A DNA stretch of 32,000 bases from Thermofilum adornatum (GTDB lineage Archaea > Thermoproteota > Thermoprotei > Thermofilales > Thermofilaceae). The notes under the pieces are model-generated. The model was not told the DNA's origin. It ran no database searches and saw only the letters and a program-made list of their open reading frames with translations. The DNA is taken from NCBI RefSeq assembly GCF_000446015.1, contig NC_022093.1, positions 1,530,001-1,562,000 on the forward strand, given 5' to 3'. The position numbers were made by a program, and so were the translations under genes. This document shows, piece by piece, positions 25,751-32,000 of this stretch; position 1 is the first letter of the stretch; every line of letters starts with the position of its first letter.

Positions 25751-26167
25751 TTACGAATAAGCCTCAAGGAGCTGGCTGGCCTTCTTGCTCCTCTTTACCT
25801 CTCTCAGCAACACCTTATCATACGTGACAAGAACAGCGTCAAGCTTCTCGGCCAAAGCAACATAAATCGAGTCATAGACAGTTAACCCTTTTTCAAAAGC
25901 TATACTGACAGTTTCACCAAGAACTTCCACAAAGTCGTGAACAACAAGTCCAATACTCATCGTTGCCGCAACACCATCCGCGACATCTCCAGGCGTTAAG
26001 CCCCGCGAATACCTAAGCAGGTTTGCAAGCTCAACAAATACAAGACTAGGAACATGGGCCTCAATCTCGCTTCCAATAATTTTGTCGCGAAGGAGCTTCA
26101 TTTCCCTTGATTCCTCCTCTACAAGAAACCACTTCGCCAATGCACTCGCATCAAGCACGACCCTCAT
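25751..26167 (-). CDS. vapC: PIN-domain ribonuclease toxin (VapC-type)
   Basis: MRVVLDASALAKWF carries the first Asp. VFVELANLL, VYDSIYVALA and the C-terminal LVTYDKVLL follow. The ATG overlaps the upstream antitoxin stop (TAATG). Confidence 0.85.
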   Translation of the reverse strand: MRVVLDASALAKWFLVEEESREMKLLRDKIIGSEIEAHVPSLVFVELANLLRYSRGLTPGDVADGVAATMSIGLVVHDFVEVLGETVSIAFEKGLTVYDSIYVALAEKLDAVLVTYDKVLLREVKRSKKASQLLEAYS

Positions 26168-26400
26168 TAAGCCACCCTTCTCCGAGACTCCCTAAACTCT
26201 CTTATCACTTCATCAGAGGGCTTCTCCAATTTAGCCCTACGAGAAATATCATCCATGACACTGACAGCCCATTCCAGCTCTCTGCGCCTAACCTCTTCCT
26301 CGAGAGCCCTCCGCAAAACCTGACTAACGTTCACATTGTATCTCCTAGCCTTCTCCAACAATTCCCTTTTCACCTTAGTAGACACAGTAACGTAGCCCAC
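26167..26400 (-). CDS. vapB: Ribbon-helix-helix type antitoxin (VapB-like)
   Basis: I place the start at GTG 26400 (VGYVTVSTKVKRELLEKARRYNVNVSQVLRRALEEEV gives a beta-alpha-alpha RHH pattern). TTTTTATA lies about 24 nt upstream. The N-terminal 46 codons of the track ORF look like translated promoter sequence. Confidence 0.6.
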   Translation of the reverse strand: MGYVTVSTKVKRELLEKARRYNVNVSQVLRRALEEEVRRRELEWAVSVMDDISRRAKLEKPSDEVIREFRESRRRVA

Positions 26401-26636
26401 ATTCTTATTACCTAAAAAGGTAGTATAAAAATACGACTCCAATTCCAATTCAAACGATTGTCGATACATTCCTGCTAAAAGCCAAGTATCTTGTCTTTTA
26501 TAGCCCAGAATATATAGGCACAGCTGAAAATTTTTCACCTACATGGAGAAAACAATGCTCAAATAATAAGACCTAAAAGCTTGTGACCAAGAAGATACTA
26601 ACCGGCGAACCAGAACCCATACTCCACAAAAGTGAG

Positions 26637-27521
26637 CTAGATCTCGTTAACTGGTGCCAACTCCTTCATTTGCAGTGCAGGAGGCCTCTGCTCCTGAACA
26701 CCATTTAGATTGATGTACGCCTCGGCAATAGCCTCCCCAAGCCTTGTCAACTTTACTACCCTCGACTTTCCGTTCAGCTCCCTCACCAGCAGACCCTTCT
26801 CCTCCATTTCCTTTATCAAGCGGCTATACGTAGCCTTAACAACCTGATCCCTCCAGTTCTCGCCCATCCACTGAATAAGCTGGGTAAGGCTACTCGCAGA
26901 CCCATTCTTGAGATAGAGCACCTGCAGAATCCTCACCTCCTTTTCAAGCTTTTCATCCTCCTCGGAACCCCCCTCCTTCCTTTGCCCCCTCTTTTTAATC
27001 CTCTTGTTCTCGTCAAGCAACAAGTCTACGCCAGGCTTCTCTATCTGCTGGACAGCTCCAGGGCCACTAGAAGCCCTAAGACTATCCTTCTTAGCTATAA
27101 ACCTCGCAAACTCCGGCGTATCAGGATCAGGTATAAATTCGCCCACCTGTTCAGGCTGAACCGCGTAGAGCCTGCTCCCGGGAAACATCATAGAAACATT
27201 AGTAACACACGCAACCATCAATGGAGGCATATCCGTGATATCTATCAGGGTCTCCTTTTCCCTCTCAACCCATAATACCTGGTAAAACTTGCTATACACA
27301 CTCTGCTGGTTCAGCGGATTAACCTTGACAGTCACCGGCTGGAAAAACGAGAGCTTCTCGGCAAGCCTCTTAACGTTGTACCGCGACACCGCCCCGTACC
27401 GGTCAGGCTTCTCATCGTAAAAAAGGTAGACACGTTCAACTGGATACTTTAGCCTGACCTGCTCGAAGCCCTGAAGTATCAGGTTTGGGTGGAAGCCTAC
27501 GTAGTGCAGTGTTACTACCAT
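26637..27521 (-). CDS. Csa3-like regulator: N-terminal CARF-type Rossmann domain plus C-terminal winged helix
   Basis: VVTLHYVGFHPNLILQGF...VERVYLFYDE...TLIDITDMPPLMVACVTNV...RLYAVQPE follows the strand/helix pattern I recall for Csa3 (xFVTMGFNETF...LVIVVP...IISDLTMGMRMI...YVRDE). A K/E-rich linker is followed by the wHTH VRILQVLYLKNGSASSLTQLIQWM...GLLVRELNGKSRVVKLTRLG. Confidence 0.65.
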   Translation of the reverse strand: MVVTLHYVGFHPNLILQGFEQVRLKYPVERVYLFYDEKPDRYGAVSRYNVKRLAEKLSFFQPVTVKVNPLNQQSVYSKFYQVLWVEREKETLIDITDMPPLMVACVTNVSMMFPGSRLYAVQPEQVGEFIPDPDTPEFARFIAKKDSLRASSGPGAVQQIEKPGVDLLLDENKRIKKRGQRKEGGSEEDEKLEKEVRILQVLYLKNGSASSLTQLIQWMGENWRDQVVKATYSRLIKEMEEKGLLVRELNGKSRVVKLTRLGEAIAEAYINLNGVQEQRPPALQMKELAPVNEI

Positions 27522-27555
27522 TGGTACGCCACTTCTGCCTCTATAACGAATTCGC

Positions 27556-27655
27556 GTTACCAGTATATATACCTAGTGTTATTGTTGTCGGGAAGTGTTT
27601 ATGGTAACATTTTATTGCAACTATTTTCCCAGATCTTCCCATCTATCCTGGTAAC
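27556..27655. promoter_or_regulatory. Three copies of a (C)TGGTAAC / GTTACCA(G) motif in the divergent intergenic region (candidate operators)
   Basis: GTTACCAG at 27556-27563, TGGTAAC at 27602-27608 and CTGGTAAC at 27648-27655. The first and third are exact inverted copies of each other, and spacing is about 46 bp. Confidence 0.4.
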
Positions 27656-27668
27656 TAAAAAATGCTAC

Positions 27669-27689
27669 TATAATACGGATATAATACGG
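27669..27689 (+). repeat. Tandem 11-bp duplication TATAATACGGA-TATAATACGG
   Basis: Copies lie at 27669-27678 and 27680-27689, one helical turn apart and about 50 bp upstream of the nurA-like TATA box. Confidence 0.6.
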
Positions 27690-27735
27690 GGATACTAATT
27701 GTTTTCTGTAGAATTGTCCATGTTATTCTCGCGCC

Positions 27736-27743
27736 TTTTATAA
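27736..27743 (+). promoter_or_regulatory. TATA box (TTTTATAA) of the NurA-like/HerA-like operon
   Basis: It lies 32 nt upstream of ATG 27775, consistent with a leaderless or near-leaderless transcript. Confidence 0.5.
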
Positions 27744-27774
27744 GAGACGTGGCACGGGTAGAATATGATCATGT

Positions 27775-28776
27775 ATGGCGTCCTTGACTAGGGCTGGCTA
27801 CCTAGATGTCGATGTGAAAATGCTTGTCGAGAAGGTCAACCAGATATATAGGCAGAAGGGGGGCTTCGTCCAGCTGACGCTGACGGGCGAACCTGTGAAG
27901 CCCTACCCCTACTTCAGGTTTGACGGGAAGATTATCAAGGGCCCACCCATCTCGGAGACAAGGTTTAGGGCTGTCGAGGAGGTTCCACACAAGGAGACCG
28001 TGGTCTCTGTGGACGCGGCGGCCCGAATACTCTTCGACGCGGGGAGCTTCAAGATAGTGTCTGCAAAGGTCGCAGGGGGAGTATGGAGGGGGGTAGAGCG
28101 TGTAAAACTCATGGATACAATCAAAAGAGTGAAGGTGGTCGAGAGCCTAGACGAGGCTGCTGACTGGCTGGCAGAAGTAGAACTCGAGGCAGTGGCTGGC
28201 CTCGTCAAGAGCTATCCTGGTGCGCTCGTCCTACTTGACAGGCCCCTTGTGTTTAGGAGTGGCACAATGTCCGCTAAGGCCTACAGGCGTCTGGTAGAGA
28301 GGGACTGGAGGGTGGTCGGGATGCCTAAGAGTAGCAGTATAAGGCTTTCCAGCGGGGAGAGCGCCTTGGGCTATGTGTCGAGGCTTGGTAGCAGGATGTT
28401 TAGGGACATGGCGTGGAGCTATTATCCCCTCGTAGAGGACGAGAAGCTGGGCATAGGAATAGGTGCCGTGAAGCTTTCGCCGAGCGGGCCGGTCTTTAGG
28501 CTCGATGTTGCTTGGGAGCTCTCGCTGAGGGCCGACTTCGAGTACCTGTCAGGGATGCTTGCTTACCTCCAGGACTTCACGTCGCCGGGCTACCCGTTGC
28601 CGCTCAAGATTGTCCACAACCTTTCCAGGATAAGCGACGATGAGCTGTCTATGGACAGGGAGCTACTACTTGAGGAGCTAGGCATATCCAGCAAGGCGTC
28701 TATTGCCTCGAAGCTGCTTGAGGACAGCGGTGGCTCAGAGTTCAAGGCCAAGTATCTCTGGGGTGGTATACCTTGA
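27775..28776 (+). CDS. Divergent NurA-like nuclease, copy 2
   Basis: VVSVDAAARIL (Asp), EVELEAVAG (Glu), ALVLLDRPLVF (Asp) and GYPLPLKIVHNLS match the D/E/D/GYPxPLxxVH layout of copy 1. It lacks the DGS and LDGS signatures of copy 1. Confidence 0.65.
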   Translation: MASLTRAGYLDVDVKMLVEKVNQIYRQKGGFVQLTLTGEPVKPYPYFRFDGKIIKGPPISETRFRAVEEVPHKETVVSVDAAARILFDAGSFKIVSAKVAGGVWRGVERVKLMDTIKRVKVVESLDEAADWLAEVELEAVAGLVKSYPGALVLLDRPLVFRSGTMSAKAYRRLVERDWRVVGMPKSSSIRLSSGESALGYVSRLGSRMFRDMAWSYYPLVEDEKLGIGIGAVKLSPSGPVFRLDVAWELSLRADFEYLSGMLAYLQDFTSPGYPLPLKIVHNLSRISDDELSMDRELLLEELGISSKASIASKLLEDSGGSEFKAKYLWGGIP

Positions 28777-30380
28777 AGCTCGGAATAGTAGTGTGGACCG
28801 AGGGGGTGACGGTAAAGTTTAGGATAGCGCAGGAAGCCGTTGTCGAGAGGGGCATGCTGGTAAAAGTCGAAGACAAGGGGAGAACATACATACTCAAGGT
28901 TGTAGACTTCAAGCCAGAAAGCCTGCTTACTCCGGCAGAAATAGCGATCATAAGTAGCAAGGCAGACAAGGGCGAAGCCGTACAGCTCCGCGAGAGGGAC
29001 CTTAGGCTATACGACACAGCCATCTCAACAATCGTTGCACAGATAGACATGGACGGGGAAGTCCACGGGCCAAGCAGTGTCCCCTCGCTGTTTGCCGTCG
29101 TAGAAGAGCTGGAGGAAGAAGACCTAAAGGCTCTGAGGCTACACACGGGGGACATACCCATAGGCAAGATACGCTTCGGCCACAACGTTATAGACGTAGA
29201 CGTCACCCTCGACGGCTCAAAGACGATACCCCACCACGTACTAGTAGTGGGAGGAACGGGGGCAGGCAAAAGCAACTTTGGAAGAGTACTAGCGGGCTCG
29301 ATTCTCCACACTGCTGGCAAATACAGCCTCGTCATATTTGACTGTGAAAGCGAGTACCTACTAGGTTCAAAGCCCGGCGAAATGGGGCTCGCGCACCTCC
29401 CCTTCTCAGAGGAGTACCTCTTCCTCGTCTCAGACAGGGTTCAGAGGCCAGGCAGAATCAGGATAGAGCTTCCTGAGCTGGGAGAAGAGAGGAGCATACC
29501 GGCCTACCCACTCAAGATGGACATAACGCGTCTAAGGCCAAGCGACTTCACCCTCACGGGAGAGTTCTCTGGGCCGCAGGAAGAGCTCCTCTGGATGGCA
29601 TACAAACAGTTCGGGGAAGAGTGGGTCCACTACCTCTTGTCTGGAGAGGGAAGGGCGCTCTACTCAAGGCTTGGGAGAATGTCTGGAGTAAACACTATAA
29701 ACGTGGCAAAGAGAAAGGTAAAGTACCTCACCGGTGAGGGAGACATATTCTGCAGGGACTGCGGCTACGACCTTGCGGGCACCGTGCTGTCGATGATTGC
29801 AAAGGGACGCGTGGTCCTCATAGAGACCCCCTTCGCCACGGAGGGCGAAGAAAAGCTCCTGGCAACCGTGGTTGCGGAGAGGATATTCCGGGCATACGAG
29901 AAAATGAGGAAAGAGCTCCCAGACAAGTGGAGCCAGCTCCCCCCAGTCTTGATAATGGTAGAGGAGGCCCACAGGTACCTAGGCTCCCACGTCCTGGGCG
30001 GGAAGGGCGAGATAAGGGAAAACATCTTCTCGATAATAGCCAAGCGTGGAAGAAAGTACAAGGTTGGAGGCCTCTACATCACACAGATGCCAAGCGAGCT
30101 CATGGAGACGGTCGTGAGACAGTCCCTAACAAAGATAATCCTCTCCCTCCCAACGAGGCCCGACTACTCTACCATAATAAACCACAGCCCATACCTAGAC
30201 GACGCAGAGGCAGAAATAAAGACACTAGACAGGGGAGAAGCAGTAGTAATCAGCCAGCCAAGCGGGTTCAGGCTAGCAGTATCCACCAGGATCTACCAGT
30301 TCGAAGAATACGCCCAAAGGCTGATACGCGAAGAAAAACTAGCACTACAACAGCGGACGGCCGAAGTCTCTAACGTTTGA
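28773..30380 (+). CDS. HerA-like ATPase (FtsK-HerA superfamily), copy 2
   Basis: The TTG start overlaps the NurA-like stop (TTGA). HAS-barrel-like N-terminus KLGIVVWTEGVTVKF...YILKVVDF. Walker A VVGGTGAGKSNF, Walker B VLIMVEEAHRYL, and GGLYITQMPSEL. Confidence 0.85.
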   Translation: MKLGIVVWTEGVTVKFRIAQEAVVERGMLVKVEDKGRTYILKVVDFKPESLLTPAEIAIISSKADKGEAVQLRERDLRLYDTAISTIVAQIDMDGEVHGPSSVPSLFAVVEELEEEDLKALRLHTGDIPIGKIRFGHNVIDVDVTLDGSKTIPHHVLVVGGTGAGKSNFGRVLAGSILHTAGKYSLVIFDCESEYLLGSKPGEMGLAHLPFSEEYLFLVSDRVQRPGRIRIELPELGEERSIPAYPLKMDITRLRPSDFTLTGEFSGPQEELLWMAYKQFGEEWVHYLLSGEGRALYSRLGRMSGVNTINVAKRKVKYLTGEGDIFCRDCGYDLAGTVLSMIAKGRVVLIETPFATEGEEKLLATVVAERIFRAYEKMRKELPDKWSQLPPVLIMVEEAHRYLGSHVLGGKGEIRENIFSIIAKRGRKYKVGGLYITQMPSELMETVVRQSLTKIILSLPTRPDYSTIINHSPYLDDAEAEIKTLDRGEAVVISQPSGFRLAVSTRIYQFEEYAQRLIREEKLALQQRTAEVSNV

Positions 30381-30521
30381 AAACGGCGCACAACTCCATC
30401 TTTTATTTCATTTCGACGCAACATTATTCACAGAGAGATCAAGCTTAAGTAGCCTTCCACCATTACCTGTTTGACCCTCCCCCGTCCTAGCTCTCAAAAA
30501 TACTTAACCAGGGCAGAAGAA

Positions 30522-30924
30522 TCAATGGCTCTCACGGTCCTCTCTCACACTTTCAACAGCAAAGCCCTCACGGCTTGGTGTTACATCAGCGAGAAGCCCA
30601 TTCCACTTTTCAACCATTCTACGAATCCTTATTTTCCAAGCAAGCTCCATCAAGAAGACTCTGATCCATCTACGAAAAGAGACACCGTTTTTCGGAACCT
30701 CCTTAACGTCCGTAGGGATCCCCCACTCATAATGGCCTCATTCTGTCTCGTAAACAATTAAGTAAACAAGATGATATGTTTTACTGGAACTAGGACCATT
30801 GCTATAAAAATTGTCAACGATTGACACCCTAAAAACGTCATGTGAATGTAGACCCGGGTCAAAGATAAACAAATACGGAACCACCAGTGCTGTCAAGGTC
30901 TTCCAAACTGGTGTGTGTCAGCAT
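30522..30924 (-). pseudogene. Decayed ORF of unknown function (frameshift at a CA tract plus an in-frame TGA)
   Basis: The minus strand has ATG at 30924 (MLTHT) followed by ACACACACC. From 30917, in another frame, it reads HTPVWKTLTALVVPYLFIFDPGLHSHDVFRVSIVDNFYSNGPSSSKTYHLVYLIVYETE. A TGA follows at 30740-30738. The same frame then continues GHYEWGIPTDVKEVPKNGVSFRRWIRVFLMELAWKIRIRRMVEKWNGLLADVTPSREGFAVESVREDRESH to the stop at 30524-30522. Confidence 0.35.
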
Positions 30925-31060
30925 TAAGCTATCAATTTACATGTTAGCAGTGACGGGGAATTAAGGAACCCCAAAAATATAGTCATATGTAAAGATAGAA
31001 AGCATTAACAATCTTTTTTAGGGGCAATAACTATTCAAATTATGAAGGCGAAGGCGATCC

Positions 31061-31633
31061 ATGAGCTCCCAGCTCAAGCAGAGATTCCTAAGGCTCCTAA
31101 AGGAGGACGAAGAGTTCAGATACGCCGTAGCCGGCCTCCTCGGCCTAGAAGAAATACTAAAAAGGCTGGACAAACATGAGGAACAACTTGTCAAGCTAAG
31201 AGAAGATTTCAATAAACTAAGAGAAGACATGAATAGGGGATTTGAACTCATCGAAAGAAGGATATCTGCTCTTGGGGCAAGATGGGGAATTCAGACAGGG
31301 GAAGCATTCAGAGAGGCACTAAAGGGAATACTAGAGAAAGAATTCGGCGTAAAGTTAGAGAGATGGATCACAGAGGACAACGAAGGTATAGTCTACGATT
31401 ACCCAAGCGAGGTAGAAATAGACATAGCCATAAAGGACGGCAAAACCATCCTAATAGAGATATCTTCCCACATAAAGCCATCCGACATACCAACCTTCAA
31501 GAGAAAAGCCCAACTCTACGAGAAAACAACTGGCAAAAAGCCAGACAGACTAATAATCGTCACCCCCTACGCCGACGAAAAAGCCCTAGAAATAGCTAAA
31601 AAATTAGGAATAGAGATATACACAAAGACATAG
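31061..31633 (+). CDS. Coiled-coil protein with EFRYAVAG module and PD-(D/E)XK nuclease-like domain (paralog P3)
   Basis: FLRLLKEDEEFRYAVAGLLGLEEILKRLDKHEE is followed by a short coiled coil. The C-terminal EVEIDIAIKDGKTILIEISSHIK gives the D...E.S..K pattern of restriction-endonuclease-like folds. Confidence 0.7.
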   Translation: MSSQLKQRFLRLLKEDEEFRYAVAGLLGLEEILKRLDKHEEQLVKLREDFNKLREDMNRGFELIERRISALGARWGIQTGEAFREALKGILEKEFGVKLERWITEDNEGIVYDYPSEVEIDIAIKDGKTILIEISSHIKPSDIPTFKRKAQLYEKTTGKKPDRLIIVTPYADEKALEIAKKLGIEIYTKT

Positions 31634-31735
31634 AATGTGAAGATGGATGGTGCTGTAAGAGAGATCCTTCTCTACCATCAAGTTGTAGCTTAAGTGATAG
31701 TTTTGTGGCTAAGGGTAAATTAATGTGTATAACCA

Positions 31736-31999
31736 ATGGTTAAACTTAGGCTGAAGGTGGGTCCAAAGGGTCAGGTAGTTATCCCAAAGGTCTTGCGGGA
31801 GAAGTACGGCATTAGGGAAAACGGCTACGTCCTAGTGGAGGCTAGGGAGAACGAGCTCGCTATAGTGAGGGCACCGGGCATCGAGGAGACCCTTGAATGG
31901 ATCAGGCAGAGGAGAGAAAAGCTTAGGGCGAAACAAGCCAAGCTAGGAGAGCTCGCGGAACTAGACCTCGAGGAAGAGTTCAATGAAGATCTTTGCTGA
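31736..31999 (+). CDS. vapB: AbrB/SpoVT-fold antitoxin (VapB-type)
   Basis: LRLKVGPKGQVVIPKVLREKYGIRENGYVLVE is a classic swapped-hairpin AbrB motif. The stop TGA is at 31997-31999. Confidence 0.8.
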   Translation: MVKLRLKVGPKGQVVIPKVLREKYGIRENGYVLVEARENELAIVRAPGIEETLEWIRQRREKLRAKQAKLGELAELDLEEEFNEDLC

Positions 32000-32000
32000 C
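31983..32000 (+). CDS. Probable start of a PIN-domain toxin gene (only 6 codons in window)
   Basis: ATG AAG ATC TTT GCT GAC gives MKIFAD. It overlaps the antitoxin 3' end by 17 nt, and the Asp position is typical for a PIN N-terminus. There is too little sequence to be sure. Confidence 0.3.

Noticed and set aside
28742-29335. 197-aa minus-strand ORF. Similar antisense ORFs include 384-722, 1894-2175, 2293-2790, 3775-4218, 5002-5454, 7407-7886, 11834-12118, 12155-12514 and 24664-24984.
   Set aside because: All lie inside, and antisense to or out of frame with, genes that carry strong family motifs. None has independent promoter or SD signals.
29927-30373. 148-aa Arg/Lys/Pro-rich ORF, and the 12656-12988 110-aa Arg-rich ORF
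   Set aside because: Both are alternative frames inside well-supported genes (HerA copy 2 and ATPase paralog 2). Their biased basic composition is typical of off-frame translation of A/G-rich coding DNA.
30471-30761. 96-aa plus-strand ORF with TTG start
   Set aside because: It has no recognisable motifs or start signals. The opposite strand carries a more protein-like, though disrupted, reading frame, so this is probably its antisense shadow.
30812-30826. Small hairpin TGTCAA-CGA-TTGACA
   Set aside because: The stem is only 6 bp and lies inside the decayed ORF. It is expected by chance and is followed by no T-tract, so I do not call it a terminator or regulatory site.
1-32000. Search for CRISPR arrays, rRNA/tRNA genes, intact IS elements or integrases
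   Set aside because: I saw no regularly spaced 24-40-bp direct repeats, no rRNA/tRNA-like conserved blocks, and no transposase or integrase motifs in any ORF. The only tandem repeats are the in-frame coding repeats in P1 and P2.

Overview
This looks like an archaeal chromosome segment, crenarchaeon-like and probably from a hyperthermophile, at roughly 50% GC by eye. Genes are tightly packed. Most first genes sit 20-35 nt downstream of an A/T-rich TATA box, so they appear leaderless. GAGGTGA-type Shine-Dalgarno sites occur mainly inside operons, and GTG/TTG starts and 1-8 nt start/stop overlaps are frequent. I saw no rRNA gene, tRNA gene, CRISPR array or intact IS element. Positions 1-9.3 kb hold ordinary transport and metabolism genes: a PadR regulator with a surface CARDB-like protein and a MacB/FtsX ABC exporter; a RACo-like ferredoxin/ASKHA ATPase; an ABC-2 exporter with two permeases; and a PLP-dependent cysteine-synthase-family enzyme. 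Positions 9.3-32 kb form a mosaic accessory region packed with nuclease, ATPase and toxin-antitoxin genes. It contains three paralogous archaeal AAA+/wHTH/PD-(D/E)XK ATPases (COG1672/DUF234 type) and three full copies plus one derived copy of a coiled-coil protein family with a shared N-terminal EFRYAVAG module, fused either to a PD-(D/E)XK-like domain or to a TM tail. It also contains two separate NurA-HerA operons with no Mre11/Rad50, three vapBC-type modules plus gene fragments, and several decayed ORFs. Housekeeping genes (upp, an alpha/beta-hydrolase membrane fusion, an MFS transporter) are interspersed. The best candidate for an undescribed system is at 26.6-30.4 kb. There, a Csa3-like (CARF-type Rossmann domain plus winged helix) regulator is divergently transcribed from a sequence-divergent NurA-like/HerA-like pair, across a 253-bp spacer that carries repeated candidate operator motifs. 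Other strong sequence-level signals are a perfect 28-bp palindrome covering the promoter of one ATPase gene and a 10 x 21-bp in-frame heptad repeat expansion in one coiled-coil paralog. All functional calls rest on motifs read by eye; no database search was possible.
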